64,000 bases of DNA from Torpedo marmorata (lineage: Eukaryota). The stretch spans positions 126,790,001-126,854,000 of the forward strand of contig OZ360227.1 of the NCBI GenBank assembly GCA_977017645.1, given 5' to 3'. Each line of letters begins with the position of its first letter. Within the stretch, counting starts at the first letter, position 1. The position numbers and the translations under genes are program-made. This document shows positions 1 to 12,548 of the stretch, piece by piece. The notes under the pieces are model-generated. The model saw only the letters and a list, made by a program, of their open reading frames with translations, made no database searches and was not told the DNA's origin.

Positions 1-1245
1 CAAATTTGTAGATGGCGTTTGAATTGTGCCTAGACACACAGTCAAGGGTGTAGAGCGAGTAGAGCAGTGGGCTAAGCACACATCCTTGAGGTGTGCCCAA
101 GTAGATTGCCAGTGAGGAGGAGAAGTTTCCGATTCATGGTGACTGTGGTCTTCCGATGAGGAAGTCAAGGATCCAATTGCAGAGGGGGGTGCAGATGCTC
201 AGGTTTTGGAGTTTGTTGACCAGTACTGAGGGTATTCAAGATGCATGATTTCTTTATTGTTATGTCATAAAACAGGGGTAATATGACATGAAATTGACGT
301 TAGTCTGCTGTAAGACAGAAATCATACGACGTCCCTTACAGACAGAGAAAGAGAAGCAAATGAGAGTCCCCGCAGAGTCACTGAGTATCCGTGGATTCGC
401 CGCCAACGCTCCCGCGCAGACTTTAATCCAAACCATCAGCAAACCGAGCTCCAGATCCAAAGCTCCAACATGATCAGGAAGCCCTCAGCACCCTTGGAAC
501 CCTCTTGCATCTCGGTTCCGATACCTGGTACCCTTTCAGCCAGTTCCAGCCAGTCTCCAGCAGTCTGCAGCCTGGTGTGAGTCCTTTGACTACAGACGCC
601 AGAAGCCCACAGACTATGTTTGTTCCTCACCTTGATTCACCAACATTCCATGTGTTGTTCAGCCGCAGAGCCCATCACTGGTCCGCCGCCATGGGCATCA
701 TCCTGTAGGGTCATCTCCTCTGCTTCTCCTTCTCAAATGGGGGGTGGTCTCCCCATTTTCTGGTGCCCTGTGCCAGTCCTCTGCTTCTCCATTGTCTGCA
801 ACCCCGCGAGGCTGCTGCTGAACACATGCGCCACCATCTTGGGCCCAGACTCCGCGGTCGCAAGATTTTAAAATAAACCACCATCAGCTCCTTTAATAGA
901 TTGTTTAAAGCCTGTACAAAGCTGTCAGTAGTTGGACTGGACAGTAGAACCCTGCAGAGGAGTGCTGTGTCTCCTTTCCCCATTCTCCATGGGGCCACAG
1001 AAGCGGCAGGCCTGCCGTTGCAGTTGCTCTGGCAGCACCACCATTTTTTTGTATGATGGTATTGAAATCTGAGCTGTAGCCGATGAAGAGTAGCCTTATG
1101 TACATGTTGCTGTTGTCGAGATGATCCAGAGATGAGTGAAGAGCTAGTGAGATTGCATCTGCTGTGGAGCAAATGTGGTGGTAGGTGAATTGCAGTGTAT
1201 CCAGATCTTTACTTAGGTACGAGTTAATTCTGGCCATGACCAAAC
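1..1245 (-). mobile_element. Degenerate Rex/Babar-type LINE RT fragment, split into 1-234 and 1051-1245 by an insertion
   Basis: Minus-strand translation SKDLDTLQFTY...LLFIGYSSDFNTII resumes at 234 as PSVLVNKL...[12 protein letters not shown]. It matches the ORF at 58972-61026. Confidence 0.85.
235..1050 (-). mobile_element. Non-autonomous ~815 bp retroposon with a LINE-like 3' tail
   Basis: Interrupts the Rex/Babar RT between NTII and PSVLV. It ends in aataaa followed by a short tcttgaa-type tail and has no RT-like ORF. A related 3' fragment lies at 32265-32505. Confidence 0.65.
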
Positions 1246-1848
1246 TCAGATACTGTAGTGACTTTTACACGCCTGAATGTACAGGGAATAGAGGGGAATG
1301 TATCATATTAAGGCAGCAGTGTTTGACTTGGGCACCATGTTTGGTGGAGAAGGATCTGTTCCTGTGCAGTACTGTTCTATGTAATATTTGTGAATCATGT
1401 GCCATCATTTTTTTTCATGGAATATAATTGCAAGGATGTAGCCAGTCATATTCAATGGTGTCCAGTGCTAGGTGACAGTGTGGACAATTCACGGGACGTA
1501 GGCCCTGTATTGGGCCAAGTTAAATAGCGTCTGCCTGAGTCGGTCCCAGACATAAATTCTTGTTCCTGGAAGCAACTTCAGATAGGTCCACTTACAATTA
1601 AACAGCGTAACATTCTTTCAGAAAACTAACCCCTCCACCCCCATCCCAACCTGATGGCTTCATTCAAAATAAGGCCTCTTCTTCATTGCCCTGTCAGCGT
1701 AGAATGCAAGCCTATATCGTGGGTTATAGCTTGAACCCACAACCTGACTGATATTTGGAAGATAAGAAGAGAATCAAACATCAGAATTAATTACTTGACA
1801 CAGAGCATGATGAATATTTGGAATGGATTTACAAGATAAACAATTGAG

Positions 1849-2112
1849 AGGGCAGCACGGTTAGCGTAGCAGTTAGCACAACGCTGTTACAGCGCCAGCG
1901 ATTGGGACTGGGGTTCAAATCCCGTGCTGTCTGTAAGGAGTTTGTACGTTCTCCCTGTGTCTGCGTGGGTTTCCTTCGGGTGCTCCGGTTTTCTCCAACC
2001 TTTCAAAACGTACTGGGGTTGTAGGTCATTTGGGTGTAATTGGGCAGCACAGGCTCATGGGCTGAAAGGGCCTGTCTAAATTTTTTAAAATTTAAATTTA
2101 AATTATAAATTT
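1849..2112 (+). mobile_element. tRNA-derived V-domain SINE
   Basis: A-box-like ggttagcgtagcagttagc, B-box ggttcaaatccc, V-domain tgtaaggagtttgtacgttctccctgtgtctgcgtgggttt, and a taaatt-repeat tail. Confidence 0.85.
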
Positions 2113-2837
2113 AAAGAATGAGAGCAGTAGTCATTTGAAGAGGAGTTGGATAGATGGCCATGGGGTAAATGATTTATAGGAACATTATTTTGCTAAGTAA
2201 GGAACTGGGCATTCTGTATTTAAACTCGAGTGACTGCCAGATAGATTGAAATTATCTTCCCCAGGCAGGTTTGTTCCTGTGTTCCTCTGCCGACTTGTCA
2301 GAATAAGGAATTGTTTGAGGATGCACTTTCAACCAAGATTTCCAGAATAATTGGAGTAAACTTCTTTTTGAATGGTTTGCTTGTAAGTGCTGCAAATGGA
2401 TCTTCCCTGCAAGATAAACTGTCCTTGTGTACTGATCCTACCAAACAGCTAGATGAGAGCCCTGATCATAAGCCTATCCCGGCCTTATTGAAATTAACAC
2501 CACATGAGAAATATCAACAAGAAGTGGGCATTATTTTAAGGACAGTTCTTGGATAGGTTTGACAAACAGGGGAAATAACTGGGCAAGGGCCATCTGAGGA
2601 GCAATGTCAATCATTGGGATTGCTGTGGAGTCTGGAGGAGAAATTCAGCATTTCCTAATTCCATGCTCTGGCAAGTACTTTTAGCAAAGCAAACATTTGG
2701 GTGGCAGACTTTAATGATTCTTTTGAAGAAGGCTCATTAGGATAAATGTATACCTGCTTTCCCGAACTCTAGGTTCAGTACTGATTGGTAGAGGACAGTC
2801 TATTTGTTGGACAGAGAGCTAAACAAGTAGTTAAGCA

Positions 2838-3015
2838 GGAAAGTCTGCAGAAGCTGTGATTGTAGTGCAATATACAAAAGTGCTGGAGAAACTCAGCAGG
2901 TTGCGCAGCATCTACAGGAAGCAAAGGGAAATCAATGTTTGTGGGGTTACCCTTTGATTCCTATAGATGTTGCTTGACCTGCTGAGTTTCTCCAGCACAT
3001 TTGTGTATTGCACAA
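2838..3015. mobile_element. Palindromic Penelope-terminal-repeat-derived MITE-like element
   Basis: gtgcaatatacaaaagtgctggagaaactcagcaggt (~2865) pairs with acctgctgagtttctccagcacatttgtgtattgcac (~3013). The same motif family occurs at 4146, 29300 and 49200. Confidence 0.75.
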
Positions 3016-3035
3016 CCAAAACAGACACTTGCCTG

Positions 3036-3753
3036 TATTACAAGCTCACATTTCATTTAGTAACCACACTTTAAGGGTTAACACAGGCTGCAAACCTTAC
3101 ACAGCAAAACCTTTTACAGCCCTAAAACTCAGAGGCACTGTTAAATATTGACTATAAACAGAGTAATTCTCTGGAAGAAGACAAGAGAACAATGGTGTTT
3201 ATTCAGGAGAAACAGATGGTGAGTGAGACATGTGATTGAAAGTCATGTGATTGGGACACTTGAAGAAGCAGGATTGATTATTGAGCAAGACACAAAGGTG
3301 GGGTGACTTTGTGTGAAATGGACAATTCTGATGATTCTCTTTGTCAGGGGAATTATTGTTGAACCACCGTGACCATTGTAATGGTCATTTTGATTAACCC
3401 ATATCTGGGTAAAGGAAGCAGGAGGATTCCTGCATTTGGATCGTGACCATTCTGATGGTCATTTCATTTTACCCGTGCCTGGGTTTTGGAAGCATCGTGG
3501 CAGTCACACGTTCTGTTTCCCCTACGCAAAGAAGAGGAGAGTTGTGACAATCATTCGTATGAAATGACATTTCTCTAGAAGCAACTCGACAAGGATTCGT
3601 GAGTTTTTATCATCTCATCACACAGTCTCTCACCTTCTTTGTGATTACTTCTGTACATCAGTTTAAAAGTCTGAGTTTCAACACAAGATTTATAAGATTG
3701 AACTTTTAATTGACTTTCCAGAATTGTGCCTAAGCTGTAATGGTTTGGGGTAT

Positions 3754-3789
<36 letters not shown>

Positions 3790-3923
3790 TAGGTATATTC
3801 ACGCATAGTTGGGGTTAAGTTTAGTTAAGTTGTTATATTATTAATAGTTATTAATAAATATATTTGTTTTAAAAATAACACTGTCTTGGTAAATTACTAT
3901 TGCTGCTGGTCTGTGACGTAACA
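3036..3923 (+). mobile_element. Solo LTR of a Gypsy-type element
   Basis: Homologous to the LTR at 39631-40643, with the same ...gctggtctgtgacgtaaca end. Flanks cctg/cttg form an imperfect 4-bp TSD. Contains an (AC)n tract and AATAAA. Confidence 0.8.
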
Positions 3924-4145
3924 CTTGCTATTGGCAAATGAAACGCTTAATATCCTTTTCAAACACATATTATAGCACATTTCTTGTAGCCAATCTCAAT
4001 ATGGCAAGCAGTGAATTTTTGGCATAGAATCCACACCTGTACACCACTGTTATTTTTGGGCGCTCATTTTATATGTAACAGATAAGCAAAACCAATGAAT
4101 ATTTACAATTATACAGCACCTTGGTGAAACCATACCTGGAGATGT

Positions 4146-4672
4146 GAGTGAAACACGAAAGTCTGCAGACGCTGTGATTGTAGTAAAAACACACAGTAAA
4201 TGCTGGAGGTGGTCTTGCAGCGTTCACAGGAGGTAAAGATATATTGCCGACATTTCGGGCCTGAGCCCTTCTTCAAGGTATAAGCAAAAAGCAGGCAGTT
4301 GTCTGAATAAAGACTGAGAGAGAAAGGAGGAATAATGGGAGAGGGAGGAGTCCAGACCAATAAACAAAAGGTGTTAATTGGATATGATAAGAGGAAAGGT
4401 GAGAATTGATTTTGGATCTGTGAAAGGAGACAGAGGGAAAGGGGAAGGGAGAGAGAGACTGACAGAACTAGAGGAAAGGAGACAGGGAGAAGAAGAGGGG
4501 GGGTGGTTTAACGGAGACTGGAGAAGTCGATGTTAATGCCATCTGGCTGGAGGGTGCCCAGACGGAAGATGAGGTGTTGTTCGTCCAAATTGCGGGTGGT
4601 CTCAGTCTGGCAGTGCATGACACCATGGACAAACTTGGGAATGGGAGGGGAATTTAAATGGGTGGCCACTGG
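4146..4672 (-). mobile_element. Penelope-like element 3' fragment (GIY-YIG C-terminus plus terminal repeat)
   Basis: PVATHLNS...RNLDEQHLIFRLGTLQPDGINIDFS at 4508-4670, with a hammerhead-like core at 4252-4277. Confidence 0.85.
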
Positions 4673-4829
4673 GAGAAGACATGTCAGCAAGGGAATGGGA
4701 TGGAGAGATGTGAGCACTGTTTTGGTCTCCTTATCCAAGACACACTTGCCAATGAGGGAATGCAACAAACATTTGCCAGACCAATTCCTGGAATGGATCA
4801 ACTAATCTTGTATTCATTTGTGTTAGAAA

Positions 4830-5180
4830 GGAGGGGATCACATTGAAATTTACAAAATTCTTCCAGGATTTGACAGACTAGGGGTATTAAGGATCAGGGA
4901 TCAAAATAACAGGTTATGGAGTAAGACAATTAGGACTGAGATGAGAGAAACTCAGAGGAGAGTGAACTGTGGAATTCTCTTTCACAGAAGAATCTACAAA
5001 TCAAGCCATTAATTTTATTTAAGAAGAAATGGATTTCTAGACACAAAAGAGGATCATGGTGTGTAGGGAGAGAATGGAACTCTGGTTTTGAAATGGAGGA
5101 TCATCTATGATTCTATATAATGGCAGGACAGGTTTAGTGACCAAATAGCCTATTTGTGCTCTACTTTTTTTATGCTTCTA
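4830..5180 (+). mobile_element. Old CR1 LINE 3' fragment
   Basis: Degenerate CR1 end (aggactgagatgagagaaactcagagg...ctgtggaattctct...gcctatttgtgctcctact). Confidence 0.6.
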
Positions 5181-5303
5181 TGAATTTATATGATCTATCC
5201 TGTTACCTTTACTTTATGCAATTTTGAGAAATTTGCTTAGATTCTGTTCCTGCAGCATTCCACAAGCGGTCACATGGAGAATGACATCATCCTCCGCAGA
5301 AAA

Positions 5304-5356
5304 TCACAGCAGGCGAACAAGGGTGGCTCCTACCCAATGGTGCCTGTTCAGATTTC
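5304..5356 (-). CDS. Candidate terminal coding exon of an unidentified host gene: (G)NLNRHHWVGATLVRLL*
   Basis: Minus-strand acceptor tctctgatctactttgcattactcag|GA, phase 1, with a ctgat branch-like motif and TGA at 5306-5304. It lies in locally GC/CpG-richer non-repeat sequence. Gene not recognised. Confidence 0.4.
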
Positions 5357-5619
5357 CTGAGTAATGCAAAGTAGATCAGAGATGGTCGTTATCACATTTC
5401 ACTCCAGGAAAAAAAATCATTGCACAAGACAGTATTATGCGATTGAATTTCTAAGCATATGCTGCGTTTGAGTGCAAAGAACCTAATTTTCTAAAATTAC
5501 AGTGTAAGAAATCAGTAAATGAATAATCAAGATAATTTTTTTGAAATTTTGTAATTTCTCATCCATGATTCCAGTAGAGGAATTAACACAGTAGTTAAAT
5601 GTTAGAGAAAGAATTTAAG

Positions 5620-5880
5620 ACGGCACAGTTAGCGTAGCGTAGCGGTTAGCGCAACGTTGTTACAGCGCCAGTGATCGGACCGAGGTTCGAATCTCACACT
5701 GTCTGTAAGGAGTTTGTACGTTATCCTCATTTCTTGGTGAGTTTTTCCGGGGACTCCAGTTTCCTCCCACCGTTCAAAACATACCGGGGGTTGTACGTCA
5801 ATTGGGTGAATTGGGTGGCACGGGCTCGTGCGCCGAAAGGGCCTGTTACCGTGCTATATGTCTAAATTTAAAATTTAAAT
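5620..5880 (+). mobile_element. tRNA-derived V-domain SINE
   Basis: Same A/B boxes, V-domain and taaatt tail as 1849-2112. Confidence 0.85.
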
Positions 5881-7169
5881 CCATGTCTTGTCTTTTTACA
5901 ATAATTTCTGGCCTACTGATCTGTACTGTAAATGTATATTATATTCAAAATAAACTTTATATTTAGCTTACTGATCAATAAAATGTACACCAACCATTAT
6001 AAATGTCTACATTTTTGCTTTGTTGTATAATCCAGAGTATGCTTCAGGGATTTAATCTCTGTCTTTTTAGACATACAGCACGGTACAGCCTTTCCAGTCC
6101 AAGAGCCCGTGCCGCCCAAATATACCAATTAACCTATAAACCCCATGAGAATTATTTTAGATCCTTAGGTAGAACCCTTGTCTAAATGCATGATCACAGA
6201 CAGACGTTCTTATGTAGTATCAGGAAGAAAGCATGAGCCAGCACATGGCTCACACAGCCATTACATTGGAGAATTGGAGACCCTTCCAAGTTCAACATCA
6301 AATGAGTAGTTGTAGTATGTGGGCTGATAGATTACCTAGTCAGAAAATGCAAGAAGCTTTTGATTAATGCCAGGGATTTGTGGGAATATTGCTTTGTGTA
6401 AAAATATTGTACTGTCTTCATGCACAATGATATGATTTCTTCCTGACCTAAAAGAAAACTCATCAATTCTATCGACAGAGGCAGAGTCCAAGGTTATAGA
6501 TAAAAATGACAACTTCATAGGCATTTGTTTATTTGTTTATGGTTGGTGAAAATTTCTTGACTTTTCAGTGGGCAGCTCAATTCTGGTGTGATTCAGGAGA
6601 GACCTGGAGAATTATTTTTCATGGTTACAGGTTGAGTCAACTGGTGATTCTGTTTATCTTTTAAGATCTGGGATATGCCAAGCCTATGGTTCCCTTGTGA
6701 TGCAAGGTGAGGCAGAATGCCAAAGCAAAGGATACCTCATGATCAGAAGGAAATGGCACCTCTGGGAAATCCCAATGGAAATGTGGTAGAATTAACATGG
6801 ATGGGATTCTCTGTTATTGGAAGTGAATGCTCAAAATTGCAGTGGGGCGTTACCCAGAAATTGTGATTACTCATGATCGAGGGTAACGATGAGACAGGAA
6901 ATTCTTACCTGATTAGATGGGAATACTGGAGATCGGAATTCCTTTATATGCAGATAAGGATCTCAAATCTAGGGTTTCCCTTGTGATTAGATGGGTGAGA
7001 ATCAATGATTCCTTGCAGGTTATTGGAGGAGAGGGAACCATCCTACTCTTTCAAGCACACAAACTGTTCAAAGAGATATATAGTTTTAAAACACCTGTAA
7101 AGAGTGGGAATTTTATGTCCTTTTTGGTGGCTTCTGAACTTGGCTGGCATTATGGGTCAATTCTGAGAG

Positions 7170-7410
7170 CAGTTAAGATCAACCACAATGTTGCAGTCAT
7201 GAAATTTTCCTGAGAAAGGACAGTAGATATCTATCACTGAACAACAATCTGGTAACTTCCTGACACCATACTGACACAAGCCTTTTATTGTTATTCCTGA
7301 TTTTATTTAATTAGTTGAATTTAAATTCCCCATCTGTCATGGTGGGATTTGAACTTGTGTCTCCAGATCAATAGTTCAAGTCTCTTGATACTGGTCCAGT
7401 AACTTAATAG
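7170..7410 (-). mobile_element. Old Deu/SacSINE-like SINE remnant
   Basis: ttgaatttaaattccc...ggtgggatttgaacttgtgtctccaga is the reverse complement of the head of the 23460-23870 element. Confidence 0.55.
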
Positions 7411-8311
7411 TGTCATAGATGCGAGAAAGCAGTAAAAGTATATGTTTATTTCACTGAACATAATGCAAACCTGTTTTAGATATTTCATGAAAGGGAAAAG
7501 TGTTTCACTAGTACCATTTCAAACCTATAGTTTGAAAGTAATATTCACAACATGTTCCATATGCAGTCACAGGAGACTGCAGAGACTGGAATCTGGAGCA
7601 ACAAACAATTTGCTAGAGGAACTCAATGGGTCGAGCAGCATCAGTGGGAAAAAAAATAACTTGATGTTTTGTGGCGGAACCTGGTAGTAATTGTCTTTTT
7701 CCCCTGCCACAAAAGAGGTAAATTGTATTTACCCTACAAATCTATTGAGTGGAAATGCCCATAATGTCATATGAATAATTGCTAACTTTGCAAATTCACT
7801 CAAGTAAAACATACAAGGAAATAGTAATAAATATTTCTATTAGTGTGTTATCCTAAAGTTCAGATGAAGGCAGATTGTTAGACTAAAATTAAGTGAATTT
7901 TATTTTCCATTAATAATATGATTAAAATGAACACCTCTTCGACTGATGAACATTAAGCCATTGTGGTACTGCAATACTTCAGTGAGAACTCTGATTCCTA
8001 GAATTTCTGCCTGGTTAGGTACAGCAGATAATCAATAAGTCAATTAAAAGAGAGCAGACTCTGTGCCTGAAACAGCCACGATGGTTCCCTTGTGATGCTG
8101 AACTGCCTGCCCAAAGAATACTCTGCCACATGTGCTGCCATCGCTCCAGGACTGTCCTGGGGTCTTTGAGGGATTGATGATTAGCACCCAGGGAGCAGTT
8201 GTGAACAACTCATAGATTTCTTAAAAAGCTTTTCTTTCGTTTTCTTTGAATGATCATAAAAATATTCAAGACAGAAAAAAAGGTTGTTTTATTGGTTTTT
8301 GAATCTGTATG

Positions 8312-8313
<2 letters not shown>

Positions 8314-8379
<66 letters not shown>

Positions 8380-8389
8380 GAGAGAGAGA
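8314..8389. repeat. (TG)n microsatellite followed by a short (AG)n
   Basis: Direct inspection. Confidence 0.97.
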
Positions 8390-8624
8390 GTATTTAAATG
8401 TGTTTAATCATGGAAAGGTAGCATCCAAATTCTCAATTCCTGCAATTAATCCAATAATCCAAACATAGTTTCTACAAAAGACAAGCTTGCCGCATCATCC
8501 ATAATTTAAAACACAATCAGCATGGATAAACAATTGCCTTAATTTCCATAACCTTCACTATAATAGTTCTCAGACTTTGGTGAAACTTTTCTAATTGTTG
8601 CATAGTAATTTTCCCACTATTATT

Positions 8625-9981
8625 TTATGTCGTCGTAGGTGTAAAGTGAGTAGAGCAGGAGGCTAAGAACACATCCCTGTGGTGCTCCGGTACTGATGGA
8701 AATTGTGGAGGAGATGTTCTTACCAATCTTCACTGATTGTGGTCTGGAGGTGAGGAAATCCATGATCCAATTACGCAGTGGGGTGTTGAGTCCCAGGTCT
8801 TGGAGTTTGCTGATCACTTTTGAGGGGATGATGGTGTTAAATGCCAAACTGTAGTCGATAAAGAGCATCCTGATGTATGCATCTTTGCTGTCCAGGTGTT
8901 CCAGGGCTTTATGTAGAGCCAGTGAGATGGTATCCACCGTAGACCTGTTCCTATGATAGGCGAACTGGAATGTATCCATGTCACCGCTCAGACAGGAGCT
9001 GATATGTTTCATCACCAGCCTTTCAAAACACTTCATCACTGTTGATGTAAGTGCTGCTGGGTTTTATGAAGGAAGGGAATGAGTCAACCTACAGGATGGA
9101 GATTGAAAACTTGGCTGAATGGTGCACCAACATCAACCTTGCACTCAATGTCACCAAAACTAAGGAGCTGATTGTTGACTTCAGGAAAGGAAAGCCAGAG
9201 GTATACAATCCAGTGATCATTGGGGGATCAGAGGTGGAGAGGGTGAGCAAATTTAGGTTCTTGGGAGTCACTATCTCGGAGGATCTTTCCTGGACCCAAC
9301 ACACCAATGGCATCATAAAGAAAGCACGTCAGTGCCTCTACTTCCTCAGGAGTTTGCAGAGGTTTGGTATGACACCAGAAACTCTGGAAAATTTCTACAG
9401 AGGTGTGGTGGAAAGTGTGCTGACCAGGTGCATCACAGTCTGGTATGGGGACACCAATACCCCTGAGTGTAAAGCCTTCCAAAAGGTAATGGACACAGCC
9501 CAGGACATTACTGGCAAAACCCTCCCCACTATTGTGTACATCTACAGGGAACGCTGCCGCCGGAGAGCAGCAGCAATCATCAAAGACCCACACCACCCAG
9601 CACACACTCTGTTCTCACTGCTGCCATCAGGAAAGAGGCATAGGTGCCACAAGACTCACACCATCAGGTTCAGGAACAGTTGCTACCCCTCCACCATCAG
9701 ACTCCTCAACGACAAACTCAATCAGAGACTCATTTAAGGACTCTTACTTGTGCACTTTATTGATTTTCTTTTTCATTCTCTCTGTATTGCACAGTCAGTT
9801 TGTTTACATTCATTATCTGTTTACAGTTCTTTGTTTGTTTACATGTTTACGCTGTGTACAGTTTTTTTTTGCACTACCAATTAGTCGTAATTCTTGTGCA
9901 CCCGCAGGAAAAAGAATCTCAGGGTTGTATGTCATGTCATGTATGTACTCTTTGACAATAAATCTGAAATCTGAAATCTGA
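8625..9981 (+). mobile_element. 5'-truncated Rex/Babar-type LINE with an inverted 5' segment (8625-9058 minus, 9059-9981 plus)
   Basis: Minus [11 protein letters not shown]...GAPQGCVLS...YTYD abuts plus [12 protein letters not shown]...LNVTKTKEL...LLPSGKR. The 3' tail is aataaa(tctgaaa)n. Confidence 0.9.
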
Positions 9982-10345
9982 AGCCACCACAAACATGTGC
10001 AAGAACAACCTGAGATGAACGGCCTACCTATTAAATACTCTACATGATAACTGCCTTAATGCATTGCCGCTTTGCCCTGTTTTGCGAATGTCTGTATTCC
10101 TAAATTCAGACAGCTGATAAAAATCTGTAAATTGTTTGCAGATTAAAACAAGTATGATGTAAATCTCCACCTTTCCTATATGGTAATCACTATGCAATGC
10201 TGAATGATATATCTGAGCACTGCTTGAGATTGTTATAATGCTGGTAAATCCTCAATTTAAGGATTGTCATATACTATTGTATGACAAGCATTACATATAT
10301 AAATTTAAAATTTAACCTGCATTTTCTCCACTCTCTCTCCCTCTA

Positions 10346-10685
10346 CAGTGCTCCTCAACTTACGATGGGGTTGCGTTCCGGCAAACCCATCGTGTCGAAA
10401 AAAATCGTAAATCGAAAAAGAATACCGCACCTACCAATTTTTATAATTAAATTTTGAATACGTGATCGCTACAGAGACTGCGAGCGTGGCTGAGTCAGCA
10501 TTGCGAGAGAGTATGCTGTACGATACTCTCGCGCGATGCGGCCATCACCCAGCATCGCGAGAGAGTAGCGTACCGCTAATCGCAAGCGCGGTAACAGATC
10601 GGAATTCGAAATTGAAAGTACGGATTCGAACCATCGTAACTTTGAAAAATCGTAAGTCGGACCATTGTAAATAGGGGAGCACCTG
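10346..10685. mobile_element. Tigger/pogo-type non-autonomous DNA transposon (MITE)
   Basis: TA|cagtgctcctcaacttacgatgg ... ccattgtaaataggggagcacctg|TA gives TIRs with a TA TSD. Confidence 0.85.
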
Positions 10686-10844
10686 TATTTCTTAATTACT
10701 TATTCATTCAGTTGTGCTACCTCTTCAAGTATTACCTTCAGAAAATAACTTGTGGAGACACAAAATCAGTTCTGATAGAAAAATTTTAAGATTACTTCTT
10801 CACTCTTTTTCACACAATACTTACTTAAATATTTATTTTTGAAT

Positions 10845-11630
10845 CAAAATTGGCTTAACCATAGAAGACAGAGGGTAGTGGTGGAGAGGTGTTTCTCTGA
10901 CTGGAGGTCTGTGATCAGTGGTTTTCCATAGGGATCACTGCTGGCACCTTCCTTGGAGGAAAATATAGACAGGCTGATTCGTAACTTGGCAGAAAAATTG
11001 GTGTAGTTGTGGATAGTGACAAATGCTGTCAAATAATACAGCAGGTTATAGATCAGTTGGAGATACAAAGGAGAAAGGGCAGATGGAGTTTAATCCAGAC
11101 AAGTTTGAGATGTTGCACATTGGGAGGTCAAATGTAAGGAAACATATACAGTAAATGGCATTGATGTATACAGGGATCTTGGGGTATAGGTCCATAACGT
11201 GCTGAAAGTGGCACACAATGTAGCAGATAATAAAGGAGGCATATTGCACGCTTGCCATCAAAGGTCGAAGCAATGAGTATAAAAATTGGGAAGTTACATT
11301 GCAGCTGTATAAAACTTTGGTTATGCTACATTTGGAGTACTGTGTGCAGATTTGGTGCCACATTTTAGGAAGAATGTGGAGGATTTAGGGAGGGTGCAGG
11401 AGAGGTTCACCAGGATGTTGTCTGGAGTCGAGAGTATTAGTTGGACAAACTTGGATTGTTTTCCCTGGGGCCTCAGAAGCTGAGGGGAGAACTGATTGGT
11501 TCATAAAATTATGAGAAGTACAAATTGGGGAAATAAATAGTCAAGTTACTTTCTCAACATGAAAATGTCAAACACCAGAGAGCATAACATTAAGGTGAAA
11601 AGGGAAGAGTATAAAGGAAATGTGTGAGGC
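10845..11630 (+). mobile_element. Degenerate CR1 LINE ORF2 3' part
   Basis: CR1-type motifs (cagagggtagtggtggag, LYKTLV..HLEYCVQ, ERVQERFTRML) with many stops. It breaks off where L1-A begins. Confidence 0.8.
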
Positions 11631-12548
11631 TGCGGAAGAAGAAACCTCCAGGTCGCCGATATCAACGGGTGATTCTCCTCGCGGGAGCGGCGGTTTGGGA
11701 ACATCTGTTATGACGCTGGCGCTGGAAGAGGCGAGTGGGGCCCCAGAGCCCACATCGCGGGATATCCTGCACGCTGTGCAGGCTCTTGCCGGCAAGATTA
11801 CCGGGCTCGAAGCCAATTTTACTGGGCTAGACGCCAAGATCGCTGGGCTCGACGCCAAATTTGGGGAGCTTACAGCTGGGATCAGAGAGCTCAAGAGCTC
11901 GTCTGGTGCTTTAACCTCCCGCATGGGGGAGGTTGAAGATAAAATGGAGGACATCCAGGAGAGGCTGGAAAAGCAGGAGGACAACATGGATGCTTGGAAA
12001 GTGGAGAGAGACAATATCCTGAAGAAAATTGATAGGTTGGAGAACTTCAGCAGGAGAAATAATATCAGGATAATTGGGCTGAAGGAGGGGCGGGAGGGGA
12101 AAGATCCGGTGGGTTTTTTTGAAGGGTGGATCCCAAAGATCCTAGGCCAGGAAAACTTTAATAAAACTTTCTTCATAGAAAGGGCCCACTGGACCCTCGG
12201 ACCCCGGCCAGACCTAGGTCAACGACCAAGACCAGTCCTGGTGCACTTGCTCAATCACCAGGACCGGGAGAGGATCCTGCGCGCGGCACAGCAAGAGCGA
12301 GAGAAAATGGCGGGCCCATTGATCCAGAGGGGGGGAAGGCACTTTTCTTCCCAGACCTGAGTGTAGCCTTGGTGAAGCGTCGGAGGGCGTTCGACGCAGT
12401 GAAGTGGCAGCTGAGAGCAAAGGGGATTCCATATGCGCTACTCCACCCCGCGACGCTGAGGCTCGACACACCAGAAGGAGGCGGAAAGTTCTTTAAGTCG
12501 CCCCAGGAAGCTGCGGACTTTGTTCAAGGCCTCCCAGGGAGATCCTAA
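11620..12548 (+). pseudogene. L1-A ORF1p (coiled coil + RRM + CTD), frameshifted in a G-run near 12330
   Basis: Heptad repeats (GLEANFT GLDAKIA GLDAKFG) and SRRNNIRIIG. FFPDLS...YALLHPATLR continues in another frame. Confidence 0.85.

Noticed and set aside
1849-1925. tRNA gene
   Set aside because: The tRNA-like head continues into a V-domain and tail and is multi-copy, so it is a SINE.
5256-5360. Plus-strand terminal exon HSTSGHMENDIILRRKSQQ...*
   Set aside because: It has a plausible acceptor but overlaps the minus-strand candidate, which I judged more protein-like. Not formally excluded.
11568-12176. 202-aa minus-strand ORF
   Set aside because: Antisense shadow of the L1 ORF1 coiled coil.
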